Assembly (NCBI GenBank): GCA_963675595.2
Contig: CAXXLZ010000002.1
Location: 3,584,001 to 3,648,000, forward strand
From: Thermodesulfobacteriota bacterium
Lineage (GTDB): Bacteria > Desulfobacterota > Desulfarculia > JACQYL01
Length of the DNA stretch: 64,000 nucleotides
Direction: 5' to 3'
Shown here: positions 42,016-51,150 of the stretch, piece after piece
Position numbering within the stretch: the first letter of the stretch is position 1
How the letters are laid out: every line of letters starts with the position of its first letter
Notes under the pieces: generated by a model
Database searches by the model: none
Told to the model about the DNA's origin: nothing
The model's input: the letters and a program-made list of their open reading frames with translations, nothing else
Made by a program: the position numbers and the translations under genes

Positions 42016-42711
42016 GTGGACTTTTCACCTTTCCTTCGGGTGTTCCGGTGGCCGGGGCCCCGGCGGTCTTCGGCGTTCTCCTCGTTCCCGCCGACGGTTG
42101 CGTATGGGATCCCGGTGATCATTCGGCAGTGTTGTTTTCCTTAAGAGCCCGATTCGCTTCCAAGGTTTCCTATCTGCGCTCGGGTGGTCCGCGTTTGGAG
42201 GTCGTTCGGCAAAGCGCCCAATGATGCCGTAACGTTGCGCCGCTATTCGTCCGAACGATACCAGCAAACCCCCGGAGTCGTCGAGAATAAACCCCGGTAT
42301 TGAGTATCCGGCTTGAAACCAGGAAGCCGTTGGAAAGCGGGTTGGAAGAAGCGGGTGCATGGACTGGGGAAACCCCTGAGAAAACTCGATCGCAATATGG
42401 TGGGGCGCATGGTTGGATGGTGATGTGCTTCATGAATGGGTTTGCAGAGTTTGGACAAAAAGGGGTAGCTTGAAACCCGGCGGCCGTATTCGTCTATTGC
42501 CGGGTCCATGTAAAGAAAGGCTTTTTTCGTCGGCCAAAACATGACATGAAAGCGGGTCACAATTTCCAAGAACAGGCCTGCCGAGCGACTCGAAGCGTCG
42601 GATGTCGGAAGAGAAGTGGTCGGCGACATTGCGGTGCTGTGGGTACGCGATGGAGATGTAGATTCCGAGCCGTTACAATCCTGATTTCTCGCGGTGGAGG
42701 CATAACAGCGC

Positions 42712-43596
42712 ATGCATTCTCGTGTGTTCGTATCCGTGGTGATCCCCAACTGGAATGGAAAGCGGTTTCTTGCCGAGTGCTTAGGCTCGGTGTTCGAAGA
42801 ATGCGCCGGCGATTTTGAAGTGATCTTGGTTGACAACGGTTCTCGTGACGGCAGTGTCGACTGGACGGAGAAGCGTTTCCCTCAAGTTCGGCTGATCCGA
42901 AACGCGTTCAACAGAGGGTTCGCCGGCGCGGTGAACCAGGGGTTCAGGGCGGCTTCGGGGAACTACTGCGTGGCCCTGAACAACGACACCCGCGTAGGTC
43001 CGGGGTGGCTGGAACATTTGGTCGACCCGTTGGTCCGGGACGAGCGCGTAGGCGCGGCCTGTTCACGAGTAGTGTTCTACGATGATCCGGGGCGGGTCTA
43101 TAACGCCGGCATACGAATCAATTCGTTGGGAGAACCCAGAAACGTTGGGTTCGGGGAGCCTTTCGAACGGCACGGTCGCACTTGCAGGGTGGATGGAGCC
43201 TGTGCGTGCAGTGCCGTTTACCGACGCGTCGCTTTGGAGGAAGCGGGCTATTTCGACGAGCGGTTCTTCGCGTACCACGAAGACGTGGATCTATCCTGGC
43301 GGCTGCGAAAGGCCGGCTGGGAGATCGTCTACGCGGCGAATTCCATCGTTTATCATCATGGAAGCGGCGCCACGGAGTATCTCAGCTCCTTCGCCCGAAC
43401 ACACAGCGCGAAGAACCTGCTCTTGATGAACCTCAAGAACGGCTCTCCCCTGCACATGTTGTTGCACTTGTTTACTTGTGCGTTTCGTTACGGCGGTGCT
43501 CTTCGCGATCCGGTATGTTTCAAAGAAACCCTAAGGCTCGTGCCGGTGATTTTGAAGGAAAGGTTTGGTTCGGGGAGTAAGTCGGGCGGACGGTGA
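42712..43596 (+). CDS. Glycosyltransferase family 2
   Basis: VVIPNWNG, VDNGS.DGS, NRGFA..VNQG, LNND, FFAYHEDVD. Confidence 0.92.
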   Translation: MHSRVFVSVVIPNWNGKRFLAECLGSVFEECAGDFEVILVDNGSRDGSVDWTEKRFPQVRLIRNAFNRGFAGAVNQGFRAASGNYCVALNNDTRVGPGWLEHLVDPLVRDERVGAACSRVVFYDDPGRVYNAGIRINSLGEPRNVGFGEPFERHGRTCRVDGACACSAVYRRVALEEAGYFDERFFAYHEDVDLSWRLRKAGWEIVYAANSIVYHHGSGATEYLSSFARTHSAKNLLLMNLKNGSPLHMLLHLFTCAFRYGGALRDPVCFKETLRLVPVILKERFGSGSKSGGR

Positions 43597-43670
43597 CCGA
43601 ACCGGCGTACCTCATGAAAACCGGCGGGGTCCGCATCAGGAGCCGGTGATCCCCAAAGATCGTGGGGGCT

Positions 43671-44519
43671 TTAGGACTTCTTGAGAGTCAGGACCATCCG
43701 CCCGCGGGTGAACGGCACACGCACCCGCCATTCCCATTCCCGGCGCGGCGGTGGGTAAGCCTCCCGCAGCATCGTATTTTCAATGTGAGCCTCGCGGAGA
43801 GACCTCGGCTTGTCCGGCTCGGCGCGGGCCATCCAGAAAGCCTCGGCATATTCGGCCTGACCGATTAGGGAGATGGTACGAAACCGGGCGAGAGCGCGGA
43901 CCCGATCGCTCCAGTCGTAGTCCAGAAACTGAGAGCGGTGGCAATACAGAGCGGTCATTTTGCGCTCCATCACGGTGGATATGTCCACCAGGATCGTGGG
44001 CTTCAGGGGGGTGGAGGTTTCGTAAAAGGCCACCTCCACGGCTCGGGAGAGCCTGTGGACCGCCGACCACGCGGCGAAGGCCGCCTCCCGATGGTCCGGT
44101 TGCGCTTCCATGGGAGAAGGGCAGTAGACCAGTTCCGCGCGGTGGTCCTCCATGACGGAAACCAGGTCCCGGATGAGGGGTTCGCGAGCCTGCACCTGCC
44201 GATCCAGGTAGGGGAGAAACCGGATGTCTTGAACGCCGGTGGTTCGTGCCGCTTCGAGGGCCTCTTGTTCCCTGATGAGCGGATAGTCCTCACCGAATCG
44301 GCCGGTGAAGTCCCCCTGATCCCCTCGAGTCAGGAAAACGACTCTTACCGGGTCGAGGACTCCGAGATGGATCATGGTGCTTCCTCCGCATCCGATGATG
44401 TCGTCATCCGGATGTGGTGCAATCACCAGCACACGACGTCCCGCCGGAAACGAGGGCTGGTAGGGGAGAATTCGGTCTTCCTCGATCATGGCTGGATCCC
44501 GGACGGCCGCAGCGTTCAA
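43671..44519 (-). CDS. PIG-L/LmbE family N-acetylhexosamine deacetylase
   Basis: APHPDD...GCGG, R..E, QPDH, H.SQ, AEAF. Confidence 0.9.
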   Translation of the reverse strand: MNAAAVRDPAMIEEDRILPYQPSFPAGRRVLVIAPHPDDDIIGCGGSTMIHLGVLDPVRVVFLTRGDQGDFTGRFGEDYPLIREQEALEAARTTGVQDIRFLPYLDRQVQAREPLIRDLVSVMEDHRAELVYCPSPMEAQPDHREAAFAAWSAVHRLSRAVEVAFYETSTPLKPTILVDISTVMERKMTALYCHRSQFLDYDWSDRVRALARFRTISLIGQAEYAEAFWMARAEPDKPRSLREAHIENTMLREAYPPPRREWEWRVRVPFTRGRMVLTLKKS

Positions 44520-45532
44520 GCCACGTCCGTATCACCCAAAGTGTAATAGAAATGGTCCTTCACCCAGTTCAGGTCCATGTCGGTGCTGAACGAAACCGCT
44601 CCCAAATGCAGTTCGTCCCTTTGCGGCACCGCCGACCATCCGGCCTCCAGAAGGACGGCGCATGCCGGGCTTCGGGGGTGGCACCATGTTTCCATGACGG
44701 TTTTGCCTTCGCGGCAAAATAGGTTCCCTATTTCCGTCAGCAGGAAACGATTGGCCCAGCGGGCGGAGAGAGAGGGAAAGAAATCCACCAAAATTCCCCG
44801 TTCCATGGAAAGGTCCAGCACGGCCCAGCACTCGATACGGCCGCCGAGGCGGTTGGCCACCTGCAGAATTTCATAGGATCTTACCGGATGTTCCGCATAT
44901 CTCCAGTTCAAATATTGGGAATCTCGGATTACGGCCATCGGATAGGCGGTTTCGCATCGGGTCCAAAGGCCGTCCGCTCGATCGTCCCATCGTTTGACCG
45001 CCTCGAGCCGGCCACGGACGCGGTCCCCCAAAGGCGCCGACTTCACTTTGTCCGGAAGGGGGGCCTGAAGGCAATGAACGGCGGCCAGGGTTTGGTATTC
45101 CAGGACCTTTTCTCCGAGAAGACGGTGCCTGGTTCCCGGGAAACCGAAAATCATGGGTACTTGGGGGGCGGAGACTCCCCCGAAGGTATTGAAAAATGAT
45201 TTCACCGTTTTCAGGAAGATTCGGCTTGCACGGTACTTGGGATGACTCATGAAATCCACGCCCTGCAGCACCTTTGCCCTGCCGTTTCCGTGGCGCAGCA
45301 GCAGAGGCAGACCCGCGCATTGGGCGGCGAGGTTCCCTTGGTGGAATCCCAACATGATGTGACGTCCCAAAGGCCTGGCCTCGAATTCCCAGTGCCAATG
45401 TTCGAGGGTCTTTGTTTGTCCGAAAACCAGACGAAACATATCCAGGGCGGCTTCTCTGTCGGAGAGGTCCAATTGACGGATCTCGTTTTGAGGGGAGGCA
45501 GCCGCGGTTGTTGTTACTTGAACCATGTCCAC
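44516..45532 (-). CDS. GNAT-family acyltransferase (polysaccharide-locus type)
   Basis: W.W.F...P, D.MSHPKYR, FGFP, RD..YLNWRY..HP, terminal GDTD. Confidence 0.75.
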   Translation of the reverse strand: MDMVQVTTTAAASPQNEIRQLDLSDREAALDMFRLVFGQTKTLEHWHWEFEARPLGRHIMLGFHQGNLAAQCAGLPLLLRHGNGRAKVLQGVDFMSHPKYRASRIFLKTVKSFFNTFGGVSAPQVPMIFGFPGTRHRLLGEKVLEYQTLAAVHCLQAPLPDKVKSAPLGDRVRGRLEAVKRWDDRADGLWTRCETAYPMAVIRDSQYLNWRYAEHPVRSYEILQVANRLGGRIECWAVLDLSMERGILVDFFPSLSARWANRFLLTEIGNLFCREGKTVMETWCHPRSPACAVLLEAGWSAVPQRDELHLGAVSFSTDMDLNWVKDHFYYTLGDTDVA

Positions 45533-46620
45533 GCTCCAACCTGGACCATGGAGTCCAGGTCCGTGATTGTTGCAAAATAGCGTCCGGGCGCAAGAAAGGT
45601 GAAGACTTGTTCCGGAATTTGAAATCGGGATGATTGTACCAAGGCACCGGCGGACGGGAACATCAGAGGGTTGACGCTCATTTGAAATAAGAATCGTTCC
45701 GGTGCCGATTGCTCCGAAGCTGGAAACGTAGTTTCCGGAGTTACGTCGGCGAGGGGAGTGAATTCCTTTGGGATCGGGTGAGGAACCAGGGCCTTGAGGG
45801 ATGAATGCAGAAGCCGGTGACCCAAGGCCGGCATTCGACCATAGTGTTTTGCCATATATTTGCGCCTGGATTCCTGGAAGAGTCTTTCCGACGCCTCGGG
45901 ATTCTGCCTGCCGCTCTGGTTATAGAGATGAACGATTTCCGCCCGAGGATCCGTAACAATGCGGTAGCCTTGTTTTCGAAGTCTCAAACACCAATCGGCG
46001 TCTTCGAAATACATGAAAAAAGTCTGATGGTCGAACGGTCCGATCCGATCCAGAATTCGTTTGTGCGTCAGGATGTTGGCTCCGGCTAATGCGGGAACTT
46101 CCAAAGGCGTTTGAGCCGCCCAAAAACTGAGGTTTTCGGCGGTGATCCTTTTCCGAAAGTTTGCTCCCGTCCATGGGGATGACGCGGCGAAAAGCAACCG
46201 GTAATCAAGGGAAGGAGCGGGCAGCCTGGTTGGAGGGAGTTGCAGCGTTCGGCTGAGGTCCCACCAGACCCGGGGTCCCACGGCGCCGGCGTCGGGATGG
46301 GCGTCGAAGGCGTTCGCAAGAATCTCTACGGCGTGAGGATAGACGAAGGTATCGGGATTGAGGAAAAAGACGTACTCTCCTTCCGCCAAAGGGAGAGCTT
46401 CATTGTTGGCCCTTGAGAAGCCGAGGTTCTCGTCCAGAAACAGAAGCCGGACCCCTGGAACGGTCTTGAGGACCTCACGGTCCTCATCCTGCGAGGCATT
46501 GTCCACCACGAGCAAATCCAGGGCAAGTTCCGGGCCTTGCTGTGGAAGCAGAGACAAAACGGCCTCTCTTACCATTCCGGCGGTATTGTAATTAACGATG
46601 ATAATGGAAACGGTTCTCAT
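45514..46620 (-). CDS. Glycosyltransferase family 2
   Basis: SIIIVNYN, VDNAS, NLGFSRANN, LNPD, FFMYFEDAD; ATG 46620. Confidence 0.9.
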   Translation of the reverse strand: MRTVSIIIVNYNTAGMVREAVLSLLPQQGPELALDLLVVDNASQDEDREVLKTVPGVRLLFLDENLGFSRANNEALPLAEGEYVFFLNPDTFVYPHAVEILANAFDAHPDAGAVGPRVWWDLSRTLQLPPTRLPAPSLDYRLLFAASSPWTGANFRKRITAENLSFWAAQTPLEVPALAGANILTHKRILDRIGPFDHQTFFMYFEDADWCLRLRKQGYRIVTDPRAEIVHLYNQSGRQNPEASERLFQESRRKYMAKHYGRMPALGHRLLHSSLKALVPHPIPKEFTPLADVTPETTFPASEQSAPERFLFQMSVNPLMFPSAGALVQSSRFQIPEQVFTFLAPGRYFATITDLDSMVQVGAWTWFK

Positions 46621-46690
46621 GCTTCCGCCCGATCTGCCGGCCGATCTATGGGAGGATATATTCGCCGCTGAGGCTTTGCGACACAGCGTA

Positions 46691-47890
46691 TCAAGTGACT
46701 CGCCATTCATGCGGCACGAAACAGACACCCCAGGGATGCCCGTCGGAAACGACCGAAAACGCCACGGTCTTTTGGTCCAATACGTGAAGACCGGTTTCGT
46801 CCAGCAGGAAGAACTTGAGAAAGTAATTGCCTCGGAGAAAGGGGAGGCTGGGGACGAGGAAATCCGCTTGAAAGAGCGATCGGCCCTCAAGAGGCGGCAG
46901 GCCGTCGGTGAGGGTGCTCGACGCGTAGCAGTTCAAATGGTCGTTGCGGTCGATCACAATGCCTGCGTGATACTTCCATTCCGGTTTTGAGGTGCGGAAG
47001 ACCGCGCTTGCGGTAAAAGGCTCCGAAAACCGACAGACCAAGGGTTCTCGGTCGAACCCGTTAATGGAGCAGGACTCGATCCAGGCGTGGGGCGGAGATT
47101 CTTCGACCGCCTCGGCCTTCTCCACGTTCTTTGCCTCAAAGGGCGTAGCCTTTTTTCGAAGCTCTTTTTGTCGCGTGTAGTTTTCATAAGCGGCGACCAC
47201 GTCCTGTGCGGGGCCTTCGGATCGCACGCGCCCTTCCTTTAGCCAAATGGCGTTCTTACAGAACTGGACAACGGAATACATGGAGTGAGAGCAGAATACG
47301 ATCGCTCGCCCCGAATTGAGAAACGTTCTCAGATTGTCCAGGCATTTGTGCTGGAAATAGGAATCACCCACGGCGAGGACTTCGTCGATTACCAAAATAT
47401 CCGGGTTGACGTTGATGGCCACGGAGAAGGCCAAACGGATATGCATACCCGACGAATAAGTTTTGATGGGTTTATCGATAAAATGGTGCAACTCGGAAAA
47501 ATCCACGATGCGGTCGAGGCTTTGCTCTATCTCTTTGCGGGTCATGCCTCGCATGGCCGCGCTCATCTGAATGTTCTGACGACCGGTGAATTCTCCGTGA
47601 AATCCGCCTCCCAGGTCTAGTATGGACGCGATCCTGCCCGTGCTTTTCACCTCTCCCCCGGTGGGGCGGAGCACCCCTGCGAGTATGCTCAGCAAGGTGC
47701 TTTTCCCGGCCCCGTTTTCCCCGATGACTCCGATGGCCGTTCCCGGCATGACTTCGAGGCTCACATGGTCCAGAGCCACAAAAGGTTCATGGAAGGGGCG
47801 GCGCAAAAGAATCTCTTTGATGCGGTGGGAGGGGTTCTTATAGACCCGGTACACTTTGGTCAATTGTCTTGCGGCGAGAACTGGTTCCAT
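46691..47890 (-). CDS. wzt: Polysaccharide ABC exporter ATPase with C-terminal Wzt-C domain
   Basis: GENGAGKST, YSSGM..RLAF, DEVLAVGD..FQ.KC; C-terminal beta-rich extension. Confidence 0.92.
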   Translation of the reverse strand: MEPVLAARQLTKVYRVYKNPSHRIKEILLRRPFHEPFVALDHVSLEVMPGTAIGVIGENGAGKSTLLSILAGVLRPTGGEVKSTGRIASILDLGGGFHGEFTGRQNIQMSAAMRGMTRKEIEQSLDRIVDFSELHHFIDKPIKTYSSGMHIRLAFSVAINVNPDILVIDEVLAVGDSYFQHKCLDNLRTFLNSGRAIVFCSHSMYSVVQFCKNAIWLKEGRVRSEGPAQDVVAAYENYTRQKELRKKATPFEAKNVEKAEAVEESPPHAWIESCSINGFDREPLVCRFSEPFTASAVFRTSKPEWKYHAGIVIDRNDHLNCYASSTLTDGLPPLEGRSLFQADFLVPSLPFLRGNYFLKFFLLDETGLHVLDQKTVAFSVVSDGHPWGVCFVPHEWRVT

Positions 47891-48100
47891 AGGAGTGCAG
47901 TGTTTACCCGATCAGGGGAAAAGACGTCAATCCAAAAGGCCGTGTTCCAGGTGGAGCCGGTACCTTGCGGAGTTGCGCTGAAGGAAGGAGGCTGAAGGAA
48001 CAAAGCTCTTGACATTCCCGAGAGGAGCGTTCAGGTTTTACCCCTTTGAACTACCATGGTCATAGTGGGATTCGCATAATCTTCAGATTGCTTGTTCAAT

Positions 48101-48907
48101 ATGAGTTTCGGAAAATTCATGGGCCTTCTCTTTCGAAATCGATTCCTGTTATACCACTTGGTGAGGCGTGATATCGCTACCAGGTTTGTCGGCTCCTACG
48201 CCGGGCTTTTTTGGGGATTGGTGCATCCATTGATTCTCCTGGCGGTATACAGCACGTTGTTCGTGTATATTCTGCAGGTGAAGATGGGCTCCGGCGTGCG
48301 GCAGAACTTCGCGGAGTTTCTGTTCTGTGCTCTTTGGGCATGGATCGCCTTTTCCGAGGGGACGCTCACGAGTGTGAAGGCCGTGGTGGGAAATCCAAAT
48401 CTGGTCAAGCGAATGGCGTTCCCCCTCGAAGTGCTGGCGCCGTCATGTATCTTTTCGGCACTGCTGCTGCAGCTACTGGGGTTCGGCCTGTTTATGGTCT
48501 ACTTGCTGGTTTTCGGCAAGATTCCGGTGTGGGGGATCTGGCGGGTCCTGCTGGTTGTGGTCCCTCTGATTTTCCAATGCATGTTTTCCGTGGGGTTGGG
48601 TTGGGTATTGAGCGCGTTGCAGGTTTTCGTGCGTGATACGGCTCAGTTCGTAGCCGCCGCCATGACCGTTTGGTTCTTTCTGACCCCTATTATCTATCCT
48701 GCGGACTTGGTACCGGCCGGTTTCCGATTCGTGATCGGGCTCAACCCTTGGACACACCTTGCCGAGGCCTACCGGTGTGCGGTTTTCCAGGGTACTTTGC
48801 CGTTGACCTGGGGTGGAGCCTACGTCGTGGTGCTGTCGACCGTGTTGTTTGTTTTTGGGGGCGTGGTCTTCGAGAAGTTGAAGCCGGAATTTGCGGACGC
48901 GCTGTGA
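48101..48907 (+). CDS. wzm: Polysaccharide ABC exporter permease
   Basis: RD...RF.GS..G.FW...HP, LVKR..FP.E, RD..Q, FFLTPI.YP, LNP, EFADAL. Confidence 0.92.
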   Translation: MSFGKFMGLLFRNRFLLYHLVRRDIATRFVGSYAGLFWGLVHPLILLAVYSTLFVYILQVKMGSGVRQNFAEFLFCALWAWIAFSEGTLTSVKAVVGNPNLVKRMAFPLEVLAPSCIFSALLLQLLGFGLFMVYLLVFGKIPVWGIWRVLLVVVPLIFQCMFSVGLGWVLSALQVFVRDTAQFVAAAMTVWFFLTPIIYPADLVPAGFRFVIGLNPWTHLAEAYRCAVFQGTLPLTWGGAYVVVLSTVLFVFGGVVFEKLKPEFADAL

Positions 48908-49055
48908 TTTGCTCCGACGTTTGGTTCAGGTTCCCATCGTCGGGTAAACGGGCGCCCATGGCGGATCCACGAGTATCGGCAGGGTGTTTTGCCTTGACTT
49001 GAGGGGAACGAGCTGTTACAAAGCGCCGCAATTTTAACCTAAGAGGGAGAGCCCG

Positions 49056-50348
49056 TTGAGGCAATTGCTGGAAAGAGGTAAATACTTGTTGGTCGGGGCG
49101 GTTCTGGTGTGTGCGACGAGCTGTGTCGGCATGTATCCGGTGGCGGAACCCACCGCCGCTAAAACCGGTCGAACGACGGAGGTCGGAGCTCCGGCTCATG
49201 AATTGGTGGTGACGGTGGAGTCTCAGGGGCTGCCCACGGAAGGACGGTTTCGCCATAACGCGGTGTTCGCCGATGTAAACGGAGACGGCATAAACGACAT
49301 TGTTACGCCGCCGCCTCGGAAGGCGAAAGAGGAAGACAGGAAGCCTCACATTTTCCTGGGAAGTCCGGACGGGACATGGAAAAACGTGACTTCGCAAATG
49401 GCGTATCCGGAGATGGATTATGCCTATGGAAGCGTGGCGATCAGCGATTTCAACGGCGACGGACTGATGGACATGGCGCTTGCCATGCACGGGATCGGAG
49501 TTCGGATTCTCCTTCGAAAGGATGCCTGGTCCTGGGAAAATGTCGTTCTCGGACCGATTGTGGAGAAGAACTATAGTACTCGGGCCTTGACGGTGGGAGA
49601 CATGAACGGCGACGGTCGTTCCGATGTGGTTTGCGTTGGTGAGTTCTTAGGCCCCACCGGGGGATACCAGGGCGAGGGGATACTGATTCTGGAGGGCGAG
49701 GGCGACGGAAATTTCAAGGGGCACTGGATTTCCGATTCGGTCAACGTATTCGCCGACGATGTCTCCGTTGGAGACGTCAACAGCGACGGCCTGCCGGACA
49801 TTGCAGTGGCGCTTCTGAATGCTGCGAAGAAGGAAATTGTGTGGCTCGGAACCGGAGACTTTCAGTACGAAGCGGACCGTACGGAAGGATTCCCGGAGAT
49901 GACGGTTTACGAAGCGGTCGATTTGGTCGATTTGGACGGTGACGGCAAGGCTGAACTAGTTACCGCGATGATGAAACTGAATCCCAAGGATCCTGAGCCC
50001 AACGGCATTCGCGTGTTTCACCGGGTTGAAGCTCGATGGGAAGAAAGAGGCGACGGTCTTCCGGTGAAGGAGCGGATGGGAGATGTGGCTGTTGCGGATT
50101 TCAATGGTGATGGCCGTTTGGATATAGCGGGCATGGAGTTTTTCAGCGGCGATGTGCGGTTTTTCCTCAAAACGGCGGAGGGCGACTGGAAAGAGAGTGC
50201 CGCCAAGGGAGAACCGGGTCGTCCGGCGAGAGCGTACGGAATGTGCGCGGCCCCTGGAAGAGGCGGGCAGTTGGTGCTCACCGTCCTGGCGCCGAGAGAC
50301 GGCGAGGGTGGAGGGGTTGTGGTTTACCACGTGGAGCCGGAGAAATAG
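49056..50348 (+). CDS. FG-GAP/VCBS repeat lipoprotein (Ca-binding beta-propeller-like)
   Basis: Lipobox ATSC; repeats DVNGDGINDI, DFNGDGLMDM, DMNGDGRSDV, DVNSDGLPDI, DLDGDGKAEL, DFNGDGRLDI. Confidence 0.85.
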   Translation: MRQLLERGKYLLVGAVLVCATSCVGMYPVAEPTAAKTGRTTEVGAPAHELVVTVESQGLPTEGRFRHNAVFADVNGDGINDIVTPPPRKAKEEDRKPHIFLGSPDGTWKNVTSQMAYPEMDYAYGSVAISDFNGDGLMDMALAMHGIGVRILLRKDAWSWENVVLGPIVEKNYSTRALTVGDMNGDGRSDVVCVGEFLGPTGGYQGEGILILEGEGDGNFKGHWISDSVNVFADDVSVGDVNSDGLPDIAVALLNAAKKEIVWLGTGDFQYEADRTEGFPEMTVYEAVDLVDLDGDGKAELVTAMMKLNPKDPEPNGIRVFHRVEARWEERGDGLPVKERMGDVAVADFNGDGRLDIAGMEFFSGDVRFFLKTAEGDWKESAAKGEPGRPARAYGMCAAPGRGGQLVLTVLAPRDGEGGGVVVYHVEPEK

Positions 50349-50380
50349 AGCTATCTACACTTGGACGGGTAGCGAAAGGA

Positions 50381-50815
50381 ATGACTTTGGTACGAAGAGT
50401 TTTGCTGTGGGGACTTTGGGCGGCGCTGTGCGCTGTAATGCTCTGCTCGTGCGCGGGTGTGATGACGCAGCAGCCCGACGCGGACAAATTGCAGACCGCT
50501 GCGACGGCGTACTGGCAGGCGAGGACGACTCGTGATTGGGAAAAGGCCTACCCGTATGAATTGCATAAGTCGAAAGAAACGTTTGAGACGTATCGTTCGC
50601 GCATGGAGGCCTCCTTTGTAAAGATGCCCATGAACTTGGTCGGCGTGGAAGACGCCGTGCTGAATCCCGATGGAGAGAGTGGGAAGGTGAAGGTCGTGGT
50701 TCGAGTCGAGTTCGGATTTCCCGCTCGTGGGAGTTATAAGGTACCGGTTTCCGACCCTTGGGTATTTGTGAAAGGCGAATGGCTGCACGACACGGGGATG
50801 AAAATGGAGAAATAG
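50381..50815 (+). CDS. Small lipoprotein (possible NTF2-like fold)
   Basis: ATG after AAAGGA; lipobox LCSC; YW.A....DWEKAY...D.W....G.W.H pattern. Confidence 0.72.
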   Translation: MTLVRRVLLWGLWAALCAVMLCSCAGVMTQQPDADKLQTAATAYWQARTTRDWEKAYPYELHKSKETFETYRSRMEASFVKMPMNLVGVEDAVLNPDGESGKVKVVVRVEFGFPARGSYKVPVSDPWVFVKGEWLHDTGMKMEK

Positions 50816-50972
50816 GGGGATCGTACGGAAAGAACGACGTGCCCCGTGTGGACATAAGAAAAGGAGGGCTGATTGATCGTCCGGATAAGTGAGGATTCCT
50901 TGCTTTTTTGGGCTTGACATCCGTCCCGTTTCCAATAAAATACTGCCAGTCAAAGTGGTACAATACCCTTAA

Positions 50973-51001
50973 TCGCCTGTATGCGTGGTTTGAGGTATAG
51001 T
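50973..51001 (+). promoter_or_regulatory. Putative promoter of array copy 1
   Basis: TCGCCT-17-TATAGT; a second candidate TTGACA-16-TAAAAT lies at 50914-50941. Confidence 0.55.
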
Positions 51002-51150
51002 AATAGTCGAAGAAAAGAGCATCATCGCAAAGCGGAGAAAGGGGGTGAGTGGAGGAGGATTAGAGAGTTTAGAGGTAAGGAGAAAAAGAGTCGTTAGAGT
51101 TCGTCTACAGTGAATGAAGTTTCACGCTTATTGTCTTTAGGAGGGAAACG

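Noticed and set aside
42016-42711. ORFs in the 700-nt gap between the RND adaptor and GT2
   Set aside because: No recognisable motifs or RBS support. Probably a divergent promoter region or decayed sequence.
51046-51114. Leader peptide opened by the orphan SD upstream of copy 1
   Set aside because: The GTG overlaps the SD itself, and the peptide is not conserved in the equivalent leader of copy 4.
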